Shown piece by piece: positions 27,245 through 41,402 of a DNA stretch of 64,000 bases. The stretch lies in contig NC_057718.1 in the NCBI RefSeq assembly GCF_004010195.1, positions 12,132,924-12,196,923 on the forward strand, in the 5' to 3' direction. The stretch is from Chiloscyllium plagiosum (lineage: Eukaryota). How positions within the stretch are numbered: position 1 is the stretch's first letter; each line of letters begins with the position of its first letter. The notes below the pieces were generated by a model, which saw only the letters and a list, made by a program, of their open reading frames with translations, was not told the DNA's origin and did no database searches. The position numbers and the translations under genes were made by a program.

Positions 27245-27380
27245 GTTCTGAGGAAAGGTCATTCAAACCGAAATGTTAACTCTGATTTCTATTTACAGAC
27301 ACTGCCAGACTTGCTGAGATTCTCCAGTAATTTCTATTTTTGTCTCTGAACTACAGCATCCACAGTTCTTTCAGTTTCTA
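27245..27380 (+). mobile_element. Solo PLE-type terminal repeat with a degenerate hammerhead
   Basis: CTGAGGA...GAAA-TGTT at 27248-27277; downstream sequence as at 933-1040. Confidence 0.6.
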
Positions 27381-27664
27381 ATATATTTAATTCAGTAGAA
27401 AGACAGCGCTTGATTCAAGCAAGCTAATCCCAACTATTCATACGGTCCTCAATTATCTTGATAAGGTTGGACATGGAAACAATAAATCCAGAATGAGAGA
27501 ACGCTGTTAATAAATCAGGGGTCACCCATTTAGAATAGAGATGAAGTTATTTTTATCTCGGAGGGTTAAGTGGTGTTGGAACTTTTCTTCTCAAAAAGCA
27601 AAGGAAGTGGGGACAGTGAATATTTTTAAACAGATCGGCAACCAATCCACACCAGCCAACATGC

Positions 27665-30600
27665 GACCAATCCAGAACCAGTCACTGTGCACCCAGACCA
27701 GGGCTGATCACTGTGCACACAGTCCAGGACCGACCACTGTGCACCCAGTCCAGGACCGACCACTGTGCACCCAGTCCAGGAACGACCACTGTGCACCCAG
27801 TCCAGGACCGACCACTGTGCACCCAGTCCAGGACCGACCACTGTGCTCCCAGTCCAAGACTGACCACTGTGCACCCAGTCCAACATCGCCCACTGTACAT
27901 CTAGACCAGGATCAGCCACTGTGCTCGCAGTCCAGGACCAGCCACTGTGCACCCAGTCCAGGACCGACCACTGTGCACCCAGCCCAGGATCAGTCACTGT
28001 GCACCCAGTCCAGGACCGACCACTGTGCACCCAGTCCAGGACTGACCACTGTGCACCCAGTCCAGGTCCAGCCACTGTCAACCCAGTCCAGGACCAGTCA
28101 CTGTGCACTCAGTCCAGGACCGACCACTGTGCACCCAGTCCAGGACCAGTCACTGTGCACCCAGTCGAGGACCAGTCACTGTGCACCCAGTCCAGGACCA
28201 GTCACTATGCACCCAGTCCAGCACCACCCACTGTGCACCCAGTACAGGTCCAGCCACTGTGCACCCAGTCCAGGACCAGTAACTATGCACTCAGTCCAGG
28301 ACCGACCACTGTGCACCCAGTCCAGGACTGACCACTGTGCACCCAGTCCACGGCTGACCACTGTGCACCCAGTCCAGGACCAGTCACTATGCACTCAGTC
28401 CAGGTCTGACCACTGTGCACACAGTCCAGGATCGACCACTGTGCACCCAGTCCAGGACTGACCACTGTGCACCCAGTACAGGTCCAGCCACTGTGCACCC
28501 AGTCCAGGACCGACCACTGTGCACCCAGTCCAGGATTGACCACTGTGCACCCAGTCCACGGCTAACCACTGTGCACCCAGTCCAGGACCAGTCACTATGC
28601 ACTCAGTCCAGGTCTGACCACTGTGCACTCAGTCCTGGAGTGACCACTGCGCACACAGTCCAGGATCGACAACTGTGCACCCAGTCCAGGACTGACCACT
28701 GTGCACCCAGTCCAGGTCCAGCCAAAGTGCACCCAGTCCAGGACCAGTCACTGTGCACTCAGTCCAGGACCGACCACTGTGCACCCAGTCCAGGACCGAC
28801 CACTGTGCTCCCAGTCCAGGACTGACCACTGTGCACCCAGCCCAGGACCAGTCACTGTGCACCCAGTCCAGGACCGACCACTGTGCACCCAGTCCAGGAC
28901 CGACCACTGTGCACCCAGTCCAGGACCAGTCACTGTGCACTCAGTCCAGGACCGACCACTGTGCACCCAGACAAGGACTGACCGCAGTGCACCCAGTCCA
29001 GGACTGACCACTGTGCATCCAGTCCAGGATCGACCACTGTGGACCCAGTCCAGCACCGCCCACTGTGCACCCAGTACAGGTCCAGCCACTGTGCACCCAG
29101 TCCAGGACCAGTCACTATGCACTCAGTCCAGGACCGACCACTGTGCATCCAGTCCAGGACTGACCACTACACTTCCAGTCCAGGACTGACCACTGTGCAC
29201 CCAGACCAGGTCCAGCCACTGTGCACCCAGTCCAGGACTAGTCCCTATGCACTCAGTCCAGGCCCCACCACTATACACCCAGTCCAGGAGACAGACCAAT
29301 GCGCACCCAGTCCACGACCAGCCACTGTGCACCCAGTACAGGTCCAGCCACTGTGCAGCCAGTCCAGGACCAGTCACTATGCACTCAGCCCATGACCGAC
29401 CACTGCACACCCAGTCCAGGACTGACCCATGCGCACCCAGTCCAGGACTGACGACTGTGCACACAGTCCAGGATCGACTACTATGCACCCAGTCTAGGAC
29501 TGACCACTGTGCACCCAGTCCAGCATCGCCCACTGTGCAGCCAGTCCAGGACCAGCCACTGCGCACTCAATCCAACACCACCCACTGTGCGGCCAGTCCA
29601 GAAACAGCCACTGTGCACCCAGTCCAGCACTGCCCACTGTGCGGCCAGTCCACGACTGACCACTGTGCACTCAGTCCAGCACTGCCCAATGTGCAGCCGG
29701 TCCAGGACCAGCAACTGTGCACTCAGTCCAGGACCAACCACTGTGAACCCAGTCCAAGTCCAGCCACTGTGCACCCAGTCCAGGACCAGCCACTGTGCAC
29801 GCAGTCCAGCAGTGTCTCGGAGGGTTAAGTGGTTTTGGAACTTTTCTTCTCAAAAAGCAAAGTAAGTGGGGACAGTGAATATTTTTAAACAGATCGGCAA
29901 CCAATCCACGCCAGCCAACATGCGACCAATCCAGAACCAGTCACTGTGCACCCAGATCAGGGCTGATCACTCTGCACCCAGTCCAGGACCGACCACTGTG
30001 CACCCATCTAGGAACGACCACTGTGCACCCAGTCCAGGACCGACCACTGTGCACCCAGTCCAGGACCGACCACTGTGCTCCCAGTCCAAGACTGACCACT
30101 ATGCACCCAGTCCAACATCGCCCACTGTGCATCTAGACCAGGATCAGCCACTGTGCTCGCAGTCCAGGACCGACCACTGTGCTCCCAGTCCAGGACTGAC
30201 CACTGTGCACCCAGCCAAGGACCAGTCACTGTGCACCCAGTCCAGGACCGACCACTGTGCACCCAGTCCAGGACCAGTCACTGTGCACCCAGTCCAGGAC
30301 CAGTCACTGTGCACCCAGTCCAGGACCGACCTCTGTGCACCCAGTCCAGGATCGACCACGATGCACCCAATCCAGGTCCAGCCACTGTGCACCCAATCCA
30401 GGACCGACCACTGTGCACCCAGTCCAGGACCGACCACTGTGCTCCCAGTCCAGGACCAGCCACTGTGCACCCAGTCCAGGACCAGCCACTGTGCACCCAG
30501 TCCAGGACCAGTCACTGTGCACCCAGTCCAGGACCAGTCACTGTGCACCCAATCCAGGACCGACCACTGTGCAGCCAGTCCAGGACCAGTCACTGTGCAC

Positions 30601-33600
30601 CCAGTCCAGGACCGACCACTGTGCACCCAGTCCAGGATCGACCACTATGCACCCAGTCCAGCTCCAGCCACTGTGCACCCAATCCAGAACTGACCACTGT
30701 GCACCCAGTCCAGGACCGACCACTGTGCACCCAGTCCAGGAACGAACACTGGGCACCCAATCCAGGACCGACCACCGTGCAACCAGTCCAGGACCAGCCA
30801 GTGTGAACGCAGTCCAGGATCAGCCACTGTGAACCGAGTCCAGGACCGCACACTGTGAACCCAGTCCAGGACCGACCACTGTGCACCCAGTCCAGGACCG
30901 ACCACTGTGCTCCCAGTCCAAGACTGACCACTGTGCACCCAGTCCAACATCGCCCACTATGCATCCAGACCAGGATCAGCCACTGTGCTCGCAGTCCAGG
31001 ACCGACCACTGTGCTCCCAGTCCAGGACCGACCACTGTGCTCCCAGTCCAAGACTGACCACTATGCACCCAGTCCAACATCGCCCACTGTGCATCTAGAC
31101 CAGGATCAGCCACTATGCTCGCAGTCCAGGACCGACCACTGTGCTCCCAGTCCAGGACCAGTCACTGTGCACCCAGCCCAGGACCAGTCACTGTGCACCC
31201 AGCCCAGGACCAGTCACTGTGCACCCAGTCCAGGACCGACCACTGTGCACCCAGTCCAGGACCAGTCACTGTGCACCCAGTCCAAGACCAGTCACTGTGC
31301 ACCCAGTCCAGGATTGACCACTATGCACCCAATCCAGGTTCAGCCACTGTGCACCCAATCCAGACCGACCACTGTGCACCCAGTCCAGGACCGACCACTG
31401 TGCACCCAGTCCAGGACCGACCACTGTGCACCCAGTCCAGGACTGACCACTGTGCACCCAGTCCAGGACCGCCCACCGTGTACCGAGTCCAGCGCCGACC
31501 ACTGTGCATCCAGTCCAGGACCGACCACTGTGCTCCCAGTCCAGGATCGACCACTGTGCACCGAGTCCAGCATCGCCCACTCTGCACCCAGTTCAGGTCC
31601 AGCCACTGTGCACTCAGTCCCGGACTGGCCACTGTGCACCCAGTCCAACATCGCCCACAGTGCACCCAGACCAGGACCAGCCACTGTGCTCCCAGTCCAG
31701 GACCGACCACTGTGCACCCAGTCCAGGACCAGTCACTGTGCAACCAGTCCAGGACCATCACTGTGCAACCAGTCCAGGTCCAGCCACTGTGCACCCAATC
31801 CAGGACTGACCACTGTGCACCCAGTCCACGGCTGACCACTGTACACCCAGTCCAGGACCAGTCACTATGCACCCAGTACAGGTCCGACCACTGTGCACAC
31901 AGTTCAGGACTGACTACTGCGCACACAGTCCAGGATCGACCACTGTGCACCCAGTCCAGGACTGACCACTGTGCACCCAGTCCAGGACTGACCACTGTGC
32001 TCCCAGACCAGGTCCAGCCACTGTGCACCCAGTCCAGGACAGGCCACTGTGCACCCAGTCCAGGTCCAGCCACTTGCACCCAGTCCAGGACGGACCACTC
32101 TGCACCCGTTCCAGGACCAGTCACTATGCACTCAGTCCAGGTCCGACGACTGTACACTCAGTACAGGTCTAGCCACTGTGCACCCAGTCCAGGACCAGTC
32201 ACTATGCACCCAGTACAGGTCCGACCACTGTGCACACAGTTCAGGATTGTCCACTGCGCACACAGTCCAGGATCGACCACTGTGCACCCAGTCCAGGATC
32301 GACCACTGTGCACCCAGTCCAGGACTGACCACTGTGCACCCAGTCCAAGTCCAGCCACTGTGCAAACAGTCCAGGACCAGTCACTATGCACTCAGTCCAG
32401 GACCGACCACTGTGCACCCAGTCCAGCACCGCNNNNNNNNNNNNNNNNNNNNNNNNNNNNNNNNNNNNNNCCAGTCCAGGTCCAGCCACTGTGCACCCAG
32501 TCCAGGACCAGTCACTATTCACCCAGTACAGGTCTGACCACTGTGCACACAGTTCAGGATTGTCCACTGCGCACCCAGTCCAGGATCGACCACGTGCACC
32601 CAGTCCAGGATCGACCACGTGCACCCAGTCCAGCACCGCCCACTGTGCACCCAGTCCAGGATTGACCACTGTGCATCCAGTCCAGGATCGACCACTCTGC
32701 ACCCAGTCCAGGACCGACCACTGTGCACCCAGTCCAGGACTGACCACTGTGCTCCCAGTCCAGGTCCAGCCACTGTGCACCCAGTCCAGGACAGGCCACT
32801 GTGCACCCAGTCCAGGTCCAGCCACTTGCACCCAGTCCAGGACGGACCACTCTGCACCCGGTCCAGGACCAGTCACTATGCACTCAGTCCAGGTCCGACG
32901 ACTGTACACTCAGTACAGGTCTAGCCACTGTGCACCCAGTCCAGGACCAGTCACTATGCACACAGTCCAGGACTGACCATGTGCATCCAGTCCAGGACTG
33001 ACCACTACGCTACCAGTCCAGGACTGACCACTGTGCACCCAGTCCAGTACCAGCCACTGTGCACCCAGACCAGGATTCGTCACTATGCACTCAGTCCAGG
33101 ACCGACCACGGTGCACCCAGTCCAGGAGACTGACCAATGCGCACCCAGTCCAGGACCGACCACTGTGCACCCAGTCCAGGACTAACCACTGTGCACCCAG
33201 TCCACGGCTGACCACTGTGCACCCAGTCCAGGACCAGTCACTTTGTATTCGGTCCAGGTCCGACCACTGTGCACTCAGTCCAGGATCGACCACTGCGCAC
33301 TCAGTCCAGGATCGACCACTGCGCACTCAGTCCAGGACTGACCACTGTGCACCCAGTCCAGGATCGACCAATGTGCACCCAGTCCAGGACTGACCACTGT
33401 GCACCCAGTCCAGGTCCAGTCACTGTGCACCCAGTCCAGGACCAGTCACTGTGCACTCAGTCCAGGACCGACCACTGTGCACCCAGTCCAGGACTGACCA
33501 CTGTGCACCCAGTCCTGGATCGACCACTGTGCACCCAGTCTAGGACCGACCACTGTGCACCCAGTCCAGGACTGACCACTGTGCAGCCAGTACAGGTCCA

Positions 33601-36095
33601 GCCCAGTCCAGCAGCGTCCACTGTGCAGCCAGTCCAGGACTGACCACTGTGCACCCAGTCCTGGATCGACCACTGTGCACCCAGTCCAGGACCGACCACT
33701 GTGCACCCAGTCCAGGATCGACCACTTTGCACCCAGTCCAGGACTGACCACTGTGCAGCCAGTACAGGTCCAGCCACAGTGCACCCACTCCAAGACCAGT
33801 CACGATGCACTCAGTCCAGGACTGACCACAGTGCACCCAGTCCAGGACAGACCACTGTGCACCCAATCCAGGACAGACTACTGTGCACCCAGTCCAGGTC
33901 CAGCCACTGTGCAGCCAGTCCAGCACCACCCACTGTGTAGCAAGTCCACGGCTGACCACTGTGCACCCAGTCCAGCACCGCCCACTGTGCAGCCAGACCA
34001 GGGCCAGTCACTGTGCACCCAGTCCAGCACCACCCACTGTGCAGCCAGTCCAGGACCAGCCACTGTGCACCCAGTCCAGGTCCAGCCACTGTGCAGCCAG
34101 TCCAGGACCAGCCACTGTGAACCCAGTCCAGGACAGGCCACTGTGCACCCAGTCCAGGTCCAGCCACTTGCATCCAGTCCAGGACCGACCACTGTGCACC
34201 CGGTTCAGGACCAGTCACTATGCACTCAGTCCATGACCGACCACTGCGCACCCAGACAAGGACTGACCACTGTGCACCCAGTCCAGGATCAACCACTGTG
34301 AACCCAGTCCAGGACCAGTCACTATGCACACAGTCCAGGTCCGACCACTGTGCACTCAGTACAGGTCCAGCCACTGTGCACTCAGTACAGGACCAGTCAC
34401 TATGCACACAGTCCAGGACCGACCACTGTGCATCCAGTCCAGGACTGACCACTGTGCACCCAGTCCAGGTCCAGCCACTGTGCACCCAGACCAGGATTCG
34501 TCACTATGCACTCAGTCCAGGACCGACCACTGTGCACCCAGTCCAGGACCGACCACTATGCACCCAGTCCAGGACTGACCACTGTGCACCCAGTCCACGG
34601 CTGACCACTGTGCACCCAGTCCAGGACCAGTCACTTTGCATTCAGTCCAGGTCCGACCACTGTGCACTCAGTCCAAGCTCGACCACTGCGCACTCAGTCC
34701 AGGACCGACCACTTTGCACCCAGTCCAGGACCGACCACTGTGCACCCAGTCCAGGACCGACCACTGTGCACCCAGTCCAGGATCGACCACTGTGCACCCA
34801 GTCCAGGGCTGACCACTGTGCAGCCAGTACAAGTCCAGCCACTGTGCACCAAGTCCAAGACCAGTCACTATGCACTCAGTCCAGGACTGACCACAGTGCA
34901 CCCAGTCCAGGACAGACCACTGTGCACCCAATCTAGGACAGACCACTGTGCACCCAGTCCAGGTCCAGCCACTGTGCAGCCAGTCCAGGACCAGCCACTG
35001 TGGACTCAGTCCAGCACCGCCCACTGTGCAGCCAGACCAGGGCCAGCCACTGTGCACCCAGTCCAGCACCGCCCACTGTGCAGCCAGTCCAGGACCAACC
35101 ACTGTGCAGCCAGTCCAGGACCAGCCACTGTGAACCCAGTCCAGTACCAGCCACTGTGAACCCAGTCCAGGACCAGCCACTGTGCACCCAGTCCAGCAGC
35201 GTCCACTGTGTAGCCAGTCCAGGACTGATCACTGTGCACCCAGTCCAGGATCGACCACTGTGCACCCAGTCCAGTACCAGCCACTGTGAACCCAGTCCAG
35301 GACCAGCCACTGTGCACCCAATCCAGGATCGACCATTGAGCACCTAGTCCATGATCGGCCACTATGCACCCAGTCCAGGACCGCCCACTATGCACCCAGT
35401 CCAGGACCGCCCACTGTGAACCCAGTCCTGGTCCAGCCACTGTGCACCCAATCCAGCACCGCCCTCCGTGCACCCAGTCCAGGACCGACCTCTGTGCACT
35501 CAGTCCAGCACCGCCCACTGTGCAGCCAGTCCAGGACAAGCCACTGTGCACCCAGTCCAGCACTGCCAACTGTGCATCCAGTCCAGGACCGCCCACTGTG
35601 CACCCAGTCCAGGGCCAACCACCGTGCACCCAGTCCAGGACCGACCACTGTGCACTCCGTCTAGGACCAACCACTGTGCACCCAGTACAGGTCCAGCCAC
35701 CGTGAACCCAGTCTTGGACCAGTCACTATGCACTCAGTCCAGGACCGAACACTGTGCATCCAGTCCAGGTCCAGCCACTGTGCAACCAGTCCAGGAGACT
35801 GACCAATGAGCACCCAGTCCAGAACCGACCACTGTGCACCCAGTCCAGGACTGACCACAGTGCGCCCAGTCCACGGCTGACCACTGTGCACCCAGTCCAG
35901 GACCAGTCACTATGCACTCAGTCCAGGTCTGACCACTGTGCACTCAGTCCAGGACTAACCACTGCGCACTCAGTCCAGGACTGACCACTGCGCACCCAGT
36001 CCAGGACCGACCACTGTGCACCCAGTCCAGGATCGACCACTGTGCACCCAGTCCAGGATCGACCACTGTGCACCCAGTCCAGGACCAGCCACCTG
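27665..36095. repeat. Minisatellite, 26-bp unit CCAGTCCAGGACCGACCACTGTGCAC, roughly 300 variant copies
   Basis: Direct periodicity; interrupted at ~29815-29930 by a duplicated flank and by an N-gap at 32433-32470. Confidence 0.97.
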
Positions 36096-38876
36096 CAACC
36101 AGACCACAGTCACTCAGCTGCAGCCAACTGCTAGCCACGACTTCCCAGGTAACATGCAGGAACAAACCTCTAGCATCTGGCATGCAGTCAGCAGCAGAAT
36201 GGTGGGAGGAGTCAGGTGCCTCAACTTAATAGATGTACTGTGATTAGAATCAAGAGTGTAAGAGACAGCAGCACTGATATGGTTGCCAATAATAGCAAGT
36301 TTCTTAATTAATGCAGAGTTGGCACAGAAACAAGAAAACGGCTCAACATTTCCATTATCAGTCCACCCTTTCAGCAAAAGCCCACCATAAGCACCACCAA
36401 ACCCTCAAGCTTTCGATGCTTGCAGAAAATTCTAAATGTTGTAAATGACCTGGGTTTGAGTTTGCCACCATAAGTACAAACCTCGATCACTTTTTTTGGT
36501 GTGATGCACTTTGTTGATGTCAAAATCTGAAATTACACTTCGAGTTAGGATTGATATTTGGCTTTCAAAACTGACTGTGCGTGAGAAACATAAAAGATAA
36601 TAACAGGTTGCTGATTCGCCGAACGTTCAATTTTCTGAGGATTAGCAATCTCAAACAAGTTGGCACCCTAACACATTTCTTTGACAAAAGTATGGAGCTC
36701 TGCATGTCCGAAAGGGGATTCCAGTCAGGGCTCCCTCAGGAATGTAAGCAATAATTTCATTCTGACAGTATTTTCATAGAGTATAAGTGTCAGAGGACAC
36801 ATGTCTTTTCAGCGTAGTCAGCTGCTGTATTCTGAAATTTAAAGGTTCTTACAACTACATTAACAATTCTACATTAAGAACATTAGGCGTGATGTTAGGG
36901 TGCTGGGATGGTAAGTTGCTGTTTGTTTAGGGGGGATATGGTACCAGGTAAGTAGGTGCTATGTGGAGAGATGAGTCAGATCCCAAGGGTGGGATGCCTG
37001 AAGGGTAAGGGGTATTGTGCCAGGTACATAAGGTGCCATGTTCATAGTGTGCCAGGTGAGTAGGGTGCAAGTTGAGTAGAGGGTAGGGAGTAAGAGAGCA
37101 AGGTGGGCAAGGCAAGTGATGTAGTGTTTAGGGTAGGTCAGGTGGGGTGGGGATAAAAGAGATTGGGTGGGAGCAGGGACTTGGGTCGGAGCAGGGACTT
37201 GGGTCGGGTCCAGCTGGGGAGACAGTTGTGTTAGGTTTTGCCTGCTTGCTGAGGAAGTTGGAGTAGAGGGAGAGGGTGGGAACAAATGACACTGGTCTTG
37301 TGAAGCATTCGGATCATGGAGTGGGGCTGTGGAGTCAGGTCCAGTAGGCGGGGATGAAGGGAGTTATAAATGAACTGAGGCAAGTGTTCTTGGAAATGAA
37401 TGGCAGAAGTGTGATGTCACTTTCATAGACTAGGTCATTAATAGCTTGACGTTCCTGTGTAACCATTTTACCTCATTTCATTGGAACAATCCAAAGCCTA
37501 CGATTTAAATGGAGACTTTGAGGGCTCCATGTGTAGTAGGATTGCCCAGTGAAAAATTCAAACTCCCAGGGAATTTCCCCAGAATACCAATGGGGATTCA
37601 GTAAAGTTCCCACACACAACTCTCCTATCCACGCTGGCATAACAACTGCCTAGCCAATGGAAAATCTTGGCAAAAACCTTTTTTATCTCTCCACCCATGC
37701 TACCAAAACTGTTGAATATTTCCATCCATGACCTATTCATATTACTGCACCCATTTTGCGCTAGTTATACCTAATGGAGCGGTCAGGCTGCAACTACTAT
37801 ACTGAAAACAAAAGTTCTTAAAGTACTATCCAGGTCTATACTGCATTGTTGTTGTCTACTGCTTTCTGAAACAAGTGGAGACATACTTGCCTACATTCAA
37901 GCAGAAGCTGAACTCTTCCCATCAATGTTCAAATGCACACTGCATTTACAATATCGTCAAAATCTTGAGAGATCTTTGTCACCATTTGAAGTTAAACTGA
38001 AGCTGGCATTAAGCGGAGACAATATTAGACTACCTCCTTCAAGGGAGCATTGCCAAAATGCCAGGCTCCTGTAGTTAAATTACTATTTATCTGTCATTTT
38101 GGCATTGAACAAAGTACCATATCCACATGAAAGTGAATCACAATGAGCCCATGCAATTTAGACAAGTAAAAAGCAGAGAGGAAAGGAAATGCTTTGTGCT
38201 TCAGCTATTTCCCCCTCAAGAAGTACCACAAAAAATAACTTCTGCATGCCTTCTCTGCATACTAACTCTTTATTTGTTTTGGTCAAAAATCTGTCAGCTC
38301 CAAATATCCATGTTGGAATAAAGAAGGTGAAGCAGAATATTTTCCATCCAGAATGAAATCAGCACATGCAGAATGACCCAATATTTTGGATATGTCAAAG
38401 GAAACACATTGATTTTAGTCAGTCTGACAGAATCAATCAGTAATCCACACCTGCACCCTCTCCCCATCTCCCCACACCTTGTTCATTTAGCAGGGACGTA
38501 TCACAATAAAATATTAGCACAATTTTCCACTGCAGTTTGCTGCATATTTCCATGACAAGGAATTAGCAAAATGTAAATTACTGCACATAATAATTACTTT
38601 TAACTTAATTCTTAATAGGATTTCACTAAGTACATTTTCACTGTTCTACGTTCCATTTCAGTGTTTGAAGAAATCACTGTTTCTTTACAGTGTTGACCTT
38701 GAAGCAAGATCTCATTTATGTCCTGGAAACTGTCTTGGAAACTAAAAACTTTGCATGTTAAACTTTGCAGAAAGAATGAGCTCTTTGTAATCTGATTCAT
38801 GCTGCACAACGTATTGAGAAATACCAATAACTCCAGTTTTGAAAGCTCAAAGTTTGGAGTGCACTGCACATGGGGA

Positions 38877-39200
38877 GATTTTGATTAGATTGGATTCCCT
38901 ACTCTGTGGAAACAGGCCTTTCGGCCCAACAAGTCCACACCGACCTGCCAAAGAGTAACCCACCCAGACCCATTTCCCTCTGACTAATGCATCTAACACT
39001 ATGGGCAATTTAGCATGGCCAATTCACCTGACCTGCACATCTTTGGACTGTGGGAGGAAACCGGAGCACCTGGAGGAAACCCACGCAGACACTGGGAGAA
39101 CGTGCAAACTCCACACAGACAGTCGCCCAAGGCTGGAATCGAACCTAGGACCCTGGTGCTGTGAGGCAGCAGGGCTAACCACTGAGCCACCGTGCTGCCC
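38877..39200 (-). mobile_element. tRNA-derived V-SINE (HE1-like) with CR1-type tail
   Basis: Minus strand has A box TGGCTCAGTGG, B box GGTTCGATTCC and the central gtgtggagtttgcacgttctccc domain. Confidence 0.88.
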
Positions 39201-39251
39201 TTTTATGTGTCTTTATAAATAGAAAGTACCACTCTTTCATGAAATGGACTA

Positions 39252-39437
39252 GATTGTAGTCCAACTGGTTTATTTGGAAGTATAAGCATTTGGAACATTG
39301 CTCCTTCATCAGCTAGCTAGCTGACAAAGGAACAGCACTCCAAAAGCTTGTACTTCTAAATTCACCCGATGGACTCTAACCTGGTGCTGTATGATTTTTA
39401 ACTTTGTCCACCCCAGTCCATTACCAGCACCTCCACA
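39252..39437. mobile_element. Head-to-head PLE terminal-repeat insertion, third family, with two decayed hammerheads
   Basis: 15-bp TSD tcatgaaatggacta (39237-39251 and 39438-39452); inverted arms centred on cagctagctagctg. Confidence 0.75.
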
Positions 39438-39519
39438 TCATGAAATGGACTATAGGTGCATTACAGAGAGTGAGAACCTGCACAAAATTTTGCAATTTTG
39501 GAGTTGGATAGTGTTTTGA

Positions 39520-39990
39520 TTTAGATTTTTTTAGATTTAATTGCCATATGTACTCAAATTAAGAAGTACAGCAAAAAGTGTATAACGCCGCCACATATGG
39601 CACCATCTTAGGTACCAAGGTACCTAGGTACAAAAAGACACTTAGGTACAAAGAAGAAAGAGAATTGAGAGTTAAATAGTTAAACATTACTTCATAGATT
39701 ATTAGAAAAACAAAGGAATAGGTAATAGTTTACATTTAGGTTTATCGTAGTTTAAACTAGGAAAATAAAGGAATAAGTTCCAAGTTGAATAGTCTTTGAT
39801 GAGTCCTCCGCTTATCTCATTCTCTGGGGAGACCTGAGCTGTCTGTTCTTGATGCTGCCGGGACTGCAGCCTCTCCAATCTCTCTGGTGCCTCAGGAACA
39901 TGCCCAGGCAGGATCCAATCGCACGCCGAGCCAAGATACTGCCATGTGTTGCTGAGGGATCAGCTAACATACCACTGAGAGCTCATGCCG
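39520..39990 (-). mobile_element. Non-autonomous element 3' part, related to 44030-45035
   Basis: Similar terminal segment (catatggcaccatctta versus catggtgcctgtatta). Confidence 0.4.
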
Positions 39991-40717
39991 TTAAATAATG
40001 TACATGAAGAGATAAAAACATTTCCATTTTAAATCGATGACTAAGCCTAAGTATATCGTCAAAATATCATATGCTTTGTACATAGTAATTGTCAAATGGA
40101 TCCAACGCTATTCTCTTATGCGAAGCCTTTGATTTTTTACTGGGTTACAGTTCCGTAAGCCTTGGGACTTCAAATACCTCGACAAGTAGCCATCATTCAT
40201 GTGGGAGCCTTGACAGTAAATGCCAGCAGTTTATTTATTGTTGGACATCACAGCAGAGATGTGTGCAGATCTCCATATTCATACACTCACTCACCAGTAA
40301 GAGTCAATAGATTGCGACATCAACAATAGCCCTTAAGAAGTCTCCTCTTCTGAACCTGAGATGTTGAGATTAGATGAGCTAAGTCAACACAAAGCTCATG
40401 AGTAAAGCGAAACAGTTCACTTATTCATCTAGCTGAGTCAGCAGGAATGCAAACTGAAGTGTTAACCTACTTTAATTTATGTGCAACTTGGATTCTAAGA
40501 CAGTTCTCTCTTTCTCTGAGATAGTTATTCTCCAATTATAAAATGAATGCCATTACTTAAACAGCTCTTCAAAATATGCAAGGGATTTCAGAATTTCTAG
40601 CCCACATTTCTTGCAGTTCCAAAGAAAGAATAGTTACAGTATATGTTATCAAGGAGTCTCAGTGCTAGGAATGGAAACCTAACTATTTCAAAGACTCAGG
40701 GCCAAAGACAAGCAAAC

Positions 40718-40840
40718 ATAGGAGAAAGTGAAGACTGCAGGTGCTGAAGATCAGAGTCAAGAGTGTGGTGCTGAAAAAGGACAGCAGGTCAGGCAGCATC
40801 CGAGGAGCAAGAGGATCGACGTTTCGGGTAAAAGCCCTTG
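40718..40840 (-). mobile_element. Truncated PLE terminal repeat
   Basis: Same family as 17564-17684; breaks off before the CTGAnGA core. Confidence 0.75.
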
Positions 40841-41374
40841 ACAAGTGAAGCACTAAACTTCTCTGGTCCAAAAATATGTCTCACTTGAGATCAAAGCAAG
40901 CTACTGTTACAATGCAGTTAGTCCTCCAGTAATGTTTAGGAGAAGGCGATGACATAGTGGTATTGTTATAGGTAGCAATCCACTAACAATCCTGAATTGC
41001 AGGTAACTTCTGGGGGACCCAGGTTCAAATTCTACCACGGAAGAAGGTGAAATTTGAGTTCAATAATAATCTGGAATTCAAAGACAATGGTCTCATGGTC
41101 ATCCATTGAATCTTACAAAAACCCATTTAGTTTATTAATGTCCTTAAGGGAAGGAAAACCTACCATCCTTACCTGGTTTGGCCTGCATGTAACACCAAGC
41201 CCACATCCATATTGCAAAAGCTTAACTGCCCTCTGAAATAGCCTAGCAAGGCACTTAGTTGTAGTAACTACTACAGAGGAGAAAGTGAGGACTGCAGATG
41301 CTGGAGATCAGAGCTGAAAACATGTTGCTGTAAAAGCGCAGCAGGTCAGGCAGCATCCAAACAGCAGGAGAATC

Positions 41375-41402
41375 GACGTTTCGGGCATGAGCCCTTCTTC
41401 AG
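41375..41402 (-). ncRNA. Minimal hammerhead ribozyme motif, intact core, sense to WDR27
   Basis: CTGAAGA-A-GGGC TCAT GCCC-GAAA-C-GTC. Confidence 0.7.

Noticed and set aside
27665..36095. CRISPR-array interpretation of the periodic repeat
   Set aside because: No unique spacers, no cas genes, and a vertebrate context.
27541..36243. Dozens of long ORFs on both strands (up to 516 aa; VHPVQDRPLCTQSRTDHCAPSPG repeats)
   Set aside because: They are translations of a stop-poor 26-bp repeat in all frames, with sporadic stops and frameshifts, no splice or start context, and an intronic location.
36880..37380. G-rich tract with an 18-bp tandem repeat (ttgggtcggagcagggac), a possible G-quadruplex
   Set aside because: Probably the interior of a decayed transposon; nothing indicates function.
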